DNA of 64,000 nucleotides from a virus: IMG/VR virus record IMGVR_UViG_3300031839_002042, positions 1 to 64,000 of that record; one strand, 5' to 3'. Shown piece by piece: positions 55,133 to 64,000 of this stretch (position 1 is its first letter; each line of letters starts with the position of its first letter). The notes under the pieces were generated by a model. It saw only the letters and a program-made list of their open reading frames with translations, ran no database searches and was not told where the DNA came from. The position numbers and the translations under genes were made by a program.

Positions 55133-55720
55133 ATGGCAAAATTTGTCGCATTATACAATCGTTTGATGTTGTCAATTCCTTTTGTAAAAAAGGACCAATC
55201 AGGCAAGGTTGTTGAAAACAGAACCATTTCCTTCAATTCAGGAACTAGGGTTAACAAAAACATTAATCCAGCCTATTTATCCACTCAGGATGAAGAATTA
55301 TTGGATTATTTAAGAAAATACCCAGGCAATTTAGCTAACGGGGGAGCTTCTTTTAAAGAGCTTATTACTGAAACAACTACTATCAAATCCGTAAAAGCCC
55401 CAGAGCCACCGAAAACACCTGAGGAGCCAGCGAAAACACCTGAGCCAGTTAAAACACCTGAGCCAGCGAAATCAGATGAACCTGAAAACACCGTTGAACC
55501 GGTAAAAACACCAGAGCCTGAAAACACTCCTGAACCTGTTAATACAGCTTCAAAAGAGGCGGATGTTTACGATGATGTAACATCAATTCAAGCTGCTTTT
55601 GCAGTTTTAAAAACTTACGACAATGAATTGAAAACTTCTGAGCACAGAACTCATGATGCAATCAATTCAAGTGCTGAGCGCTTAAATGTGTCGTTTCCAA
55701 ATCTTGTAAAAAAGAAGTAA
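55133..55720 (+). CDS. head-associated protein with Pro-rich PEPxKTPE repeats
   Basis: 195 aa; six tandem repeats of about 5 aa (PEPPKTPEEPAKTPEPVKTPEPAK...). Confidence 0.45.
   Translation: MAKFVALYNRLMLSIPFVKKDQSGKVVENRTISFNSGTRVNKNINPAYLSTQDEELLDYLRKYPGNLANGGASFKELITETTTIKSVKAPEPPKTPEEPAKTPEPVKTPEPAKSDEPENTVEPVKTPEPENTPEPVNTASKEADVYDDVTSIQAAFAVLKTYDNELKTSEHRTHDAINSSAERLNVSFPNLVKKK
55409..55540 (+). repeat. tandem 15-nt coding repeat (AAAACACCTGAGCCA-like) encoding PxKTPE units
   Basis: Visible periodic repetition in the nucleotide sequence. Confidence 0.6.
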
Positions 55721-55733
55721 TCCCTAAACCTGT

Positions 55734-56474
55734 TTGATCATGGCATATACAGAGCAAGAACTTGTACAAATGGTAGTGGCAAAAATCGATCAGATCATGC
55801 CCCCAGGAGAGAATATTGAAGGTGGAACCACCATTGATTCTCCTGTTCCTTATATTGAAAAGGAACTAAAAGAGTCTGGGTATCATGTGCTGAGACAAGC
55901 TCCAGATGTGCAGATCAAACAGGTTATTAAAAAAGCTACCAAGCACTTCCCTGTTGGAAGTACTAACCCTGATACTCCTGCTACCAATCCAAATACTAGG
56001 ATCATTTTTGCAGGTGGAATCACTAAAATCCCTTTGCCTACAGATTTTTTAAGATTTATTGATATACAGTTGGAAAACTGGCTAGTTCCTGTTTCTGGTC
56101 TAATGAAACAGACTGACCCAAAATATATCCGGGAAAAATCCATTCCTATGCTGAGAGGAACCGAAATCAAGCCAAAAGCTGCACTGGTATCTTTTTCCGA
56201 TTATATAGGAGAGGAAATTGTAGCAGGTTTTCAGAATGTGGGCTTAGCAGTGGAGTGTTTCAGCAATAAAGTGGAACCTACCACATTTACGCTACATTAT
56301 GTTCCAAAAACAGCACCTACAGCTATTCCAGAAGATTTGATTGATGCGATGCTTTGGGAATGTGCAGGAAGGACCTTTGTTCTAATGAATAAGAAGGACA
56401 GGGCAGAACAGGCATTTAACCAGGTGAATAGATATTTCTCAAATAAGTATGGCCTTTACGGAGAGGATAGGTAA
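55734..56474 (+). CDS. structural protein (head completion or tail candidate)
   Basis: 246-aa ORF in the structural block. Confidence 0.4.
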   Translation: MIMAYTEQELVQMVVAKIDQIMPPGENIEGGTTIDSPVPYIEKELKESGYHVLRQAPDVQIKQVIKKATKHFPVGSTNPDTPATNPNTRIIFAGGITKIPLPTDFLRFIDIQLENWLVPVSGLMKQTDPKYIREKSIPMLRGTEIKPKAALVSFSDYIGEEIVAGFQNVGLAVECFSNKVEPTTFTLHYVPKTAPTAIPEDLIDAMLWECAGRTFVLMNKKDRAEQAFNQVNRYFSNKYGLYGEDR

Positions 56475-56476
56475 GC

Positions 56477-57070
56477 ATGGCAGTAAACGATTCAAATTCC
56501 CTTCGTGTAGATCTTCAGGATATTTATAATGAAGCTCAGCTTCAATCTGCTTATCACAGTAGAATTCACCTAGGAGATACTATGAACCAAGAAATCATCA
56601 TAACCAAAGATGATTATCCTCTTATTCATAATTTTTGCCAAGAAGGAGCCGGATTTATTGCCAGTGCTGCTAATTACATTACCGGCACCAGTCAAAACGC
56701 TATTCAGGCTATCTCCAATCCTTATACGGAAGAAAACCCCAATCCATATGATGATGAGGAACTTCAGGATTTAAGGGAATCAATGAAACAAAGTGGAGAA
56801 TTCATGTCCGTAGGACCATTGAATACCATGGTGTTTAATGTGGTCCAATTGGAAGGAGTTGAAGTACTTGAATACACCATCACTCAAAGCTGGATCCGTT
56901 CTGCTTTGATTCATTATATCCTGCACAAGTGGTACCTATTGAATAAAATCTATGATGCTGCATCCGACAATTTTCTAAAATATGAGGATTTCAAAGGAAA
57001 AGTAAGGACTAGTGCTCTTTCCAATCAAAAAACAATCAGGGCTAAAAGACCCTATCAACCATTTGGCTAA
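56477..57070 (+). CDS. structural protein
   Basis: 197-aa ORF. Confidence 0.4.
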   Translation: MAVNDSNSLRVDLQDIYNEAQLQSAYHSRIHLGDTMNQEIIITKDDYPLIHNFCQEGAGFIASAANYITGTSQNAIQAISNPYTEENPNPYDDEELQDLRESMKQSGEFMSVGPLNTMVFNVVQLEGVEVLEYTITQSWIRSALIHYILHKWYLLNKIYDAASDNFLKYEDFKGKVRTSALSNQKTIRAKRPYQPFG

Positions 57071-57076
57071 TGAGCT

Positions 57077-60000
57077 ATGACAAGAGGACAACGAATAAGC
57101 ATTCCCTTCTTAGGCATCAACAAAATGCCTTTGGACGATCAAAGTATTGATGGTCTATGCGATTCTGTAGTCAATCTTAAGCCAAAAGGACAGGAGAGCA
57201 ACCCGTATTGGGTTCCTTTCGAAACCATAGTTACACTCAAAAACGAATCCGGAACAACTTTTTCATATGAGTTCGGAGTTTCTTCTATTTCAGATGCCTT
57301 TTGGCAAATCAGAAACTATATAGGTGAATATTCTGAAAACCCAGACGGTAGCCTAAGAAGGCTAATTGTCCTTTGCCAAAACGAATCCAGAAAGTGTATT
57401 GACATCATAGAACCAGACACCTGGACAGTGGTTAAAACACAAGCTTTGCCACAGGATGGAAATTATGCGATCAGCTGTACCCGAGTGGATGAAGTCACTG
57501 TAATAGCCGTTTCCAAGGATAAAAAGCCTTATCTCCTTTACTATTTATTGGATGATTCCTTTATCCCGCAAGGTTGGCCAGAAATGCCAGAAATTGTTTT
57601 TTCTACTGATACAGCATCTTTCACCACTCCTGATATAGAAGCAGGAAGCTATGAAGGAGTACTTAGAAAAGATGTAGATCAATATTTTATGGTCACATGG
57701 GCTTTCAGGTTATTTGATGGTACTACCCATGTAAGGCACAATAGATTTGAGTTAGTCACCGTAGTTTCGGGAACGACCACTGAAGCAGTTCGACCAATAT
57801 TCACCTTAGAAGGGTACGAAGAAAGTATTTTAATCAATCAACCCTTCTGGAGTAGTTTGATTGCCGGCATTTCTGTTTTTGCAACTCTACCTGTAACAGA
57901 TAAAAAAGCTGCTTTGGATGATGGGAAATTCTATGAAGTAGGCTATTGGCCATTTATTGACAAAAAGCCAGAAGCAGAATGGCCAACTGCAGAGGATCCT
58001 AATATTATTACAGTCAAATCCATTTCAACAAATTGGCCTACAGGATTTGTAATCAGTACGGATAATTTTACCCATCATAAATTTTCCTCTTATGTAGTGG
58101 ACAGCTACAATAAGAGGCTTCTTCTTGGTGGAAGTGGTGTTGATTTCGCTTTACCGAAAATAAAGACCAATGCCGTACAAAATACAGTGCCAGGAGGGTT
58201 ATATTCAGACTACCTTACTTTTCATTCAGGTTCAGGAGGAAGTACATATTCCTATTACCTAGAAGATGGTACTCCAACTGATTTTAACAGTCCATGGGAT
58301 TATGAAGTAGATGAATTACTCCATATTTCAATTTTAAATCCCAAAGCAGGGAGAGAATTTAAAGTTGTGTCCATTGTAGAAAGTATTGATGGAGACGAAG
58401 CCACATTAACACCAAATGGTCAAAATCTTCCATATACTAATTACCAAGCTAATCTTACCACTTCTCCCGGAAAATTATTCCTTTCTATTAATGCTATTCA
58501 ATCTGATTTAATAGGAACATCCCTTCCTGGACAAGTTCCAAAAATGCGTATTAAGCTTGAGATTGGACCTATAGGTGAACCTACTGACGAGGTGGTTTAT
58601 ATGTATGTCCAACCTTCTGGTAGTTTAGCTCCATATGTTGCATTTAGTGATGTTCAGTTAGAAACAGGAGAAGTATCTGTTAGCGCAAAAATTTATCATA
58701 TTATCACTATCAAAACAGATTCTGGAACCTACCAAAGGATTCTAGAAGGTGATATTGCAGACACAGATACAGAAGTTACACTCCCAGAGGTGATTTGGTA
58801 CCCAGACAGCAGAGCGGTTAAATATGAATTGATTGTTCAGAATGGAGAAGCTTTTGAGTTGGCACTATCCAAACAATTGAATCAGCATCCAATCAATAAT
58901 TACGCTTACTCAATTCTCAGTACAGAAGAACAGACCTATGAAATAGGTACCAGCATTGTTGCTGCAACAGAGCCTGACTTATCTGTCAATGAAGTCATTC
59001 AATATGTTCCAAGCAGAGCTCAAGCAGCACTTTCAAGAAATCCTTTCCTGATAGATATCGCAGCTACCTACCCAGTAGGGAACAGAGAGCGTGACATCAT
59101 TATGGGTTTTGCAGTGAACACCAATCCTACTTCAGAAGGTCAGGCAGGTCAGTACCCGGTATATGTACTGACAAATAAAGGTATTTCAGCATTGGAGCAA
59201 ACAGGAGATCCTACCATTGCATTCGGCAGGATTTCCCCAGTGAGCAATTTCAACGGGGTAAACAATCCGTATTCATTTTGCAATGCCCAAAACCTGATCA
59301 TTGCTGCAGATAACAAATACATTTATGCGCTGGCCGGATTAAATGCCCAGCGGATAGACGAAGCAATTTCGGAAGATCCTGACTATCCAAACTTCATCAA
59401 GCAAATGAGAATTGGATATCACAGAGCAGCTAGCTATGAAGAAGTGATATTCTCCAATCCTTTCTACGATTATTCATTATGCTTTAATACGAAATACCGC
59501 ATGTGGTACAAAACCACCGAGCGGTATAAGTTTTTCTTTTATGATTATCCCGACCTCATGGGAATGACGGTTACTAATGAATTGAAAAACTTTGATACAA
59601 AGGATGAAATCACTCCAGTAGCATGGAGCATTCAAACAAGGCCGTTGATTTTTAAAGAGCCTTACATGATGAAGCGCATGTTTTATAATTCCATCATCCG
59701 GATGCAGTGGAAACAACCGCTTCAGGAAAATGCGGAAGATTACTCTCCTATCAACATCAAGCTTTTGGGCTACAAGGATAGTCCAAACGTGCATTACACA
59801 TTACTTGATCAAACAATCAAGACTGATTTGAAAAAGGATTGGATGTTGTATCAATATTTTGGTCCGATGTACGCATATCGATTGAATATGAGCGGTACCA
59901 GTTCACATAAAGGGAGTTATTTACATAACATAGATGCTGATTTCGAAAAAGAAAACGAAAACGAGAGAAGAAGATACGACTGTAGCAGTCTCTTTTTGTA

Positions 60001-60280
60001 TGCCGAAGATCCAGCAAGTATTTCCATATGCAATTGTGAAGAGGGAGGCGGTACAGATGCATATTTCCCATTCGATGGTTCATTATTGAATGTAACCAGT
60101 ATTGTCATTACTCATGGTTTGAATAAAATCCCTGATGCGTTTGTAACCGATATATATGGTTTTCAGATCAATGTAACCAAGCAATTGATATTCCTGGACG
60201 ATAACCCAGATACGCCAGACTTGATGCGTATGAGATTGATTTTCGATGAACCACAACCATTCTTAGCCTTCTTTGGATAA
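57077..60280 (+). CDS. large structural protein (tail/baseplate candidate)
   Basis: 1067 aa in the structural block upstream of the fibre genes. Confidence 0.45.
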   Translation: MTRGQRISIPFLGINKMPLDDQSIDGLCDSVVNLKPKGQESNPYWVPFETIVTLKNESGTTFSYEFGVSSISDAFWQIRNYIGEYSENPDGSLRRLIVLCQNESRKCIDIIEPDTWTVVKTQALPQDGNYAISCTRVDEVTVIAVSKDKKPYLLYYLLDDSFIPQGWPEMPEIVFSTDTASFTTPDIEAGSYEGVLRKDVDQYFMVTWAFRLFDGTTHVRHNRFELVTVVSGTTTEAVRPIFTLEGYEESILINQPFWSSLIAGISVFATLPVTDKKAALDDGKFYEVGYWPFIDKKPEAEWPTAEDPNIITVKSISTNWPTGFVISTDNFTHHKFSSYVVDSYNKRLLLGGSGVDFALPKIKTNAVQNTVPGGLYSDYLTFHSGSGGSTYSYYLEDGTPTDFNSPWDYEVDELLHISILNPKAGREFKVVSIVESIDGDEATLTPNGQNLPYTNYQANLTTSPGKLFLSINAIQSDLIGTSLPGQVPKMRIKLEIGPIGEPTDEVVYMYVQPSGSLAPYVAFSDVQLETGEVSVSAKIYHIITIKTDSGTYQRILEGDIADTDTEVTLPEVIWYPDSRAVKYELIVQNGEAFELALSKQLNQHPINNYAYSILSTEEQTYEIGTSIVAATEPDLSVNEVIQYVPSRAQAALSRNPFLIDIAATYPVGNRERDIIMGFAVNTNPTSEGQAGQYPVYVLTNKGISALEQTGDPTIAFGRISPVSNFNGVNNPYSFCNAQNLIIAADNKYIYALAGLNAQRIDEAISEDPDYPNFIKQMRIGYHRAASYEEVIFSNPFYDYSLCFNTKYRMWYKTTERYKFFFYDYPDLMGMTVTNELKNFDTKDEITPVAWSIQTRPLIFKEPYMMKRMFYNSIIRMQWKQPLQENAEDYSPINIKLLGYKDSPNVHYTLLDQTIKTDLKKDWMLYQYFGPMYAYRLNMSGTSSHKGSYLHNIDADFEKENENERRRYDCSSLFLYAEDPASISICNCEEGGGTDAYFPFDGSLLNVTSIVITHGLNKIPDAFVTDIYGFQINVTKQLIFLDDNPDTPDLMRMRLIFDEPQPFLAFFG

Positions 60281-60534
60281 TGTCACTAGTCAGGATAAAT
60301 ATATGCTGTGGACCTAAGGTAAAAGACAATAATTTCTTTTACCGGGTAGTGGGTGCTTTATCGGAAGTGACATTTACCCAAGAAGATCATGGATTAGCAA
60401 AGGTGCCTAGAATAGAAATCTATGAGGTTTCAAACGGTATGAATTTCAGAGGTGAAATACAGGTAAATACAGAAACATTTGATGTGACGGTAAGTCAGGA
60501 AGATCCTATTCCATTCATTATAATCATGAATTAA
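60280..60534 (+). CDS. hypothetical small structural protein
   Basis: 84-aa ORF. Confidence 0.35.
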   Translation: MSLVRINICCGPKVKDNNFFYRVVGALSEVTFTQEDHGLAKVPRIEIYEVSNGMNFRGEIQVNTETFDVTVSQEDPIPFIIIMN

Positions 60535-60535
60535 G

Positions 60536-62197
60536 ATGGCAAAACAAAGGCAAAATACCAGACTGGCTTTTGGAGCCGATATCGAAGATCCTCAGGACAT
60601 GATCCATATGGGAGTTGGCAAGCGCATCCGTTTGGAAGATGTGCCTTTATCCAATTCCACTGGGGATAAACAGGTAGGGAATAGACGTTACAACGATCTT
60701 CGGTATTTATTGCGTTCAGAAGATGGCAGTGCCAGTGATGTGACCAATTACGAACTGATCATTACTTCACCTACTACCGGCATTGCTTCCGTTTCATGGA
60801 TAGATGGAGACAATGAAAGCAATGTAGTCACTGATCAAGCAGTAACTTTTCCAGGACTACCAAGCGAAGATAATTTCCGTATTGACTTGCTTCAGGCACA
60901 TGACGATGGCACAATATCCATCAAGCCAGGAACAGAGGGCGATGAACTAGGAGTAACACCTCCTGCACCTGATGCCAATGCAATAGGGGTAACTACTGTA
61001 CTTTGGAATGATGCAGGGGATGCAATCCAGCCAGAGCCAGCACCAGCCAATAACAATTTCACAAACAAGCGATACACTACTAAGGCAGATCCAAATACTA
61101 CGGGTAAATATGCCAAAGTATGGGAAGGAAAGCTGAGCAGTACGGACAATTACGGGATTATCATTGACTACCAAGAACCGGTGAACGCAGTCAACTTTGA
61201 TGGCGTTGGCGCAGCACGGGTGCAAGTTTCCTGGACTGCCGACAGTTCCAGAAATATCATTGCAGATACCGTACAGTTTGAAACACTGGGAAGTAAAACA
61301 GCAGATGGTGATTTTGTGCTAGTACAGATTGCAGGAAACAAAGCAGCACTCTATCATAAGTCCGCACATTACTGGGGCAGGATTCAGTTTCGGGCTACTT
61401 TCCACAATTCCGCAGTCAAAGCAAACAACTTCGTGAACAATGGCGTGTATGGATCACTTCCGGCAGGAACTAGCTATGCAAGTGAGGCTTATTCCAGTGA
61501 GGGAACTCCTGGACCTGCAGGAGCAGATGGGGAAGATGGAAGAGAAATAGAGATCCAGAATAGCGGAACAGCAATCCAATGGAGATACGTGGGTGATCCT
61601 ACCTGGACAGATATTGTAACTATTGCAGCAATCACAGGTCCAGCAGGTGCAGATGGTACTGATGGAACCAATGGTGCTGATGGAAACGATGGCGCAGATG
61701 GACGTGAAGCAGAATTCCAAGTTTCAGGTACAGACCTCCAATATCGTTTGGTAGGTGATCCGACTTGGACTACGATTTTTGATCTGAGTACTCTTTCAGG
61801 AGGTGGAATAGGGGAAGCTCCTAACGATGGCCAGGAATATGTTAGGAAGAATGAAGCTTGGGCGGTAGCTACCGGAGGAAGCGGAGGAGGAATCACAGAA
61901 GTTCCATTCACCACAGCTTTAAAACTAGACAAAAACTACAAATCAAAAACCACACAGACCGGAGCCTTAGCATTTACAAAGGATGCTACTGATTTAGTAC
62001 CTGAAACACATTACGACAACAGGTATTATATATATATCGAAGCCAATGGTACGGGAGGAAAACCAACTTTCTCTTCTGATTTCGTTCTGCAACTGGACAC
62101 ATGGAGCAATAACACTGGAGATATCAATATGCTACTTGTAAGACTGTCAAGTTCAGGTAAATATTTAGTATGGATGGATAACGTAGAAATAGCATAA
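60536..62197 (+). CDS. tail fibre with collagen-like Gly-X-Y repeats
   Basis: GTPGPAGADGEDG and GPAGADGTDGTNGADGNDGADG triplet repeats, flanked by a duplicated WRYVGDPTWT / YRLVGDPTWT motif. Confidence 0.6.
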   Translation: MAKQRQNTRLAFGADIEDPQDMIHMGVGKRIRLEDVPLSNSTGDKQVGNRRYNDLRYLLRSEDGSASDVTNYELIITSPTTGIASVSWIDGDNESNVVTDQAVTFPGLPSEDNFRIDLLQAHDDGTISIKPGTEGDELGVTPPAPDANAIGVTTVLWNDAGDAIQPEPAPANNNFTNKRYTTKADPNTTGKYAKVWEGKLSSTDNYGIIIDYQEPVNAVNFDGVGAARVQVSWTADSSRNIIADTVQFETLGSKTADGDFVLVQIAGNKAALYHKSAHYWGRIQFRATFHNSAVKANNFVNNGVYGSLPAGTSYASEAYSSEGTPGPAGADGEDGREIEIQNSGTAIQWRYVGDPTWTDIVTIAAITGPAGADGTDGTNGADGNDGADGREAEFQVSGTDLQYRLVGDPTWTTIFDLSTLSGGGIGEAPNDGQEYVRKNEAWAVATGGSGGGITEVPFTTALKLDKNYKSKTTQTGALAFTKDATDLVPETHYDNRYYIYIEANGTGGKPTFSSDFVLQLDTWSNNTGDINMLLVRLSSSGKYLVWMDNVEIA

Positions 62198-62199
62198 TT

Positions 62200-62430
62200 A
62201 TGGAAGAACTAACTGATGAACAACTGATCGAACAGATCATGGCGGAAGGAACTCCAGAACTACTAGAATACGAGGTAATCTCAGAAGATAGGGTTCGGGT
62301 GAAAAAGATGAAGTACAAGCATGCACTTGGAGATGTGGAAAACACGATTGATTATGTGAACTCAAAGGAACATCCTTCAAAATTCGCCCAGAAAAATAAT
62401 CAAAAAACCTTAACAAAAGCCGAGAAATGA
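62200..62430 (+). CDS. hypothetical protein
   Basis: 76-aa ORF. Confidence 0.35.
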   Translation: MEELTDEQLIEQIMAEGTPELLEYEVISEDRVRVKKMKYKHALGDVENTIDYVNSKEHPSKFAQKNNQKTLTKAEK

Positions 62431-63776
62431 GTGGGTTTAAGACAGCAGCAGGTTATTATGTAAGCGAATGGAATGGAAATTCATTAAATGACGGAACCGA
62501 TCCTTTAACTCCTTATGCACATTTAGCTGATGTACCTTCAGATACAGCTAATTTTACTTTAGTTGGTACAGGATTTTATAAAGGAACATGGTCTGGAAAT
62601 AGAAAGATAATCTGCGATGGTTTTGTTGTTATTGACCTAAACGGGGGTTCGCAAGCATTTGGAGGGAGTAGCCTTCCGCAAGATGGATTTTATTTGAAAA
62701 ATGGTTCAGTATTACCAAATACCGGAGTTTTTCAAAATTGTATATTAGAAAATACAGTTCATTTGATGGGAAGAACAAATGCACAGACTTTAGGGAATAT
62801 TATTCTTCCTGCTATTTCAGGAAGTTATGAAGCTACAAATGGTTCTATTTTTTGGAATAATATTATACTGGAAGATATTACTGTTTCAAGTGGATTAGGA
62901 GTAAGTTTCAATGCCAATTTTGTTGATAAGTCTGTTAGATTAACTTTTTCTTCATTTTCTACAACTTTTATTAATAATTGCTACAACGGAATTATTTCTT
63001 ATTTAGGGACTGATTATGAATTAAAAAAACTAGTAGATGGAAGCGTTAGACCTGATGCGAACCCATTAATTGCGGATATTATATCTGTTTTTCCCAACGT
63101 ATATACTCAAAATAATTTTGCAGGAGACCCAAAGTTTATTGATGTTTTAAGTAGAACGGTTGAATCTGACTCTGATTTATTAAAAAAATCTAATGTTAGT
63201 GGATTTATAGGAAAGGTAAGACCTGCAAAAAAAATAGCCGTAAACGCAATTGATCCTAATATTTCCATATCATCAACTGATATTGATACAACAACAACTC
63301 CTGCTAATTGGAGAATTCAATCTCCTGCAACAGAAGGGGAAATTATCATTACATGGAAGTTGTCAGATATAATTTCAGAGGTTCAAAAAATATTTTTTGA
63401 TGCGATACTTTCCTTTGATGGATCCTCATCTGGAGGAAGTATAGATAATAACAATGTTCCGGATATTTGGCCTACTTCTTACAGTCCAACTACTAATCCA
63501 GATATGACACCAAATCGACTGAATTATGCACTTCGAACATCTCAGTCAGTTGCCATGCCTACACTGGATTCGCAGTGGGACAATGATAGTTCCACACTAG
63601 GCACCACACCTGGGGATTTCTACATTCAGGAATTCAATACCAAACCTACCATATCCGATGTGTTGGGTTCCAAGTACGGAAATGGGAACGAAGCAGGATT
63701 TGGAGGTACTACCAATGGTATAAATGCACGATGGGCGCAGGCAAAAATCAGATTAACCAATAATAGAGCATTCTAA
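62427..63776 (+). CDS. tail spike/fibre, beta-helix-like
   Basis: 449 aa with periodic Asn/Gly-rich repeats (NCILENTVHLMG, NNIILEDITVSSG, NANFVDKSVRLTF) suggesting a parallel beta-helix. Confidence 0.45.
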   Translation: MSGFKTAAGYYVSEWNGNSLNDGTDPLTPYAHLADVPSDTANFTLVGTGFYKGTWSGNRKIICDGFVVIDLNGGSQAFGGSSLPQDGFYLKNGSVLPNTGVFQNCILENTVHLMGRTNAQTLGNIILPAISGSYEATNGSIFWNNIILEDITVSSGLGVSFNANFVDKSVRLTFSSFSTTFINNCYNGIISYLGTDYELKKLVDGSVRPDANPLIADIISVFPNVYTQNNFAGDPKFIDVLSRTVESDSDLLKKSNVSGFIGKVRPAKKIAVNAIDPNISISSTDIDTTTTPANWRIQSPATEGEIIITWKLSDIISEVQKIFFDAILSFDGSSSGGSIDNNNVPDIWPTSYSPTTNPDMTPNRLNYALRTSQSVAMPTLDSQWDNDSSTLGTTPGDFYIQEFNTKPTISDVLGSKYGNGNEAGFGGTTNGINARWAQAKIRLTNNRAF

Positions 63777-64000
63777 TGGAGACTTTTGCAGGTATATTAC
63801 AGGAGCAATCAATCGGAAGGCGGCCATACACCTTTCCAATTGGTTTTCGTGCCATTATCCAAGAGATTCCAGAAACCACACGATTCATCAAGGTGACTGA
63901 CTTCAAGGGAGTACCAATGCAGGGTGTATCTGTGACCGTCCATAATACTGGAGGTGACACCACTACTATCACCAATCAAGATGGACAAGCGGAGATTGAG
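63776..64000 (+). CDS. hypothetical structural protein (5' partial in window)
   Basis: ATG overlaps the upstream stop (TAATG); the ORF is open to the window end. Confidence 0.35.
   Translation, partial: METFAGILQEQSIGRRPYTFPIGFRAIIQEIPETTRFIKVTDFKGVPMQGVSVTVHNTGGDTTTITNQDGQAEIE

Noticed and set aside
60892-61932. Minus-strand Pro/Ser/Cys-rich ORFs antisense to the collagen-like tail fibre gene
   Set aside because: Antisense translation of GGN-rich collagen repeats always yields open Pro/Ala/Ser frames; artefact.
1-64000. CRISPR array, reverse transcriptase/DGR, rRNA
   Set aside because: No spaced direct-repeat array, no RT motif (YxDD) and no rRNA-like sequence were seen on reading both strands.

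Overview
The whole 64-kb window reads as one temperate phage or prophage genome, probably of a Bacteroidota host. The host call rests on the arm-type tyrosine integrase, the lipobox lipoprotein, about 38% GC, and the near absence of Shine-Dalgarno sites at most genes.

Gene order, mostly on the + strand:
- 1-2.1 kb: integrase, convergent CI-like repressor, divergent Cro-like gene.
- 2-10.6 kb: early and replication module (PD-(D/E)xK-like nuclease, DEDDh exonuclease, SSB, replication initiator, DnaC/IstB-like loader).
- 10.7-15.6 kb: about 15 small genes (ASCH, DUF5131/Gp37-Gp68, DUF4031). Unlike the rest of the window, they carry strong AAGGAGG Shine-Dalgarno sites.
- 15.9-18.7 kb, minus strand: immunity and antirepressor island (Bro-N/KilAC antirepressor, XRE regulator, small membrane proteins).
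- 18.8-22.9 kb: packaging genes terS and terL.
- 23.1-24.9 kb: two putative internal-virion proteins.
- 24,927-40,184: a single 5085-aa ORF. It carries an N6-adenine methyltransferase, an SNF2 helicase, an HExxH zincin motif, an ADP-ribosyltransferase-like H-Y-E triad and hydrophobic segments. It looks like a DarB-like polyvalent anti-restriction and ejection protein and is the main candidate for a novel system.
- 40.6-42.7 kb: a portal-like gene.
- 42.7-47.1 kb, minus strand: an accessory cassette (HTH regulator, VRR-NUC nuclease, unknowns). A 3' tRNA-like fragment with its own terminator sits in the middle of it.
- 47.7-50.7 kb: two DNA methyltransferases (C5-cytosine, and N6/N4 with a DPPY motif).
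- 52.5-64 kb: head and tail structural genes (poly-acidic scaffold-like protein, capsid-like protein, collagen-repeat tail fibre, beta-helix spike-like protein).

No CRISPR array, reverse transcriptase, rRNA or complete tRNA was seen.
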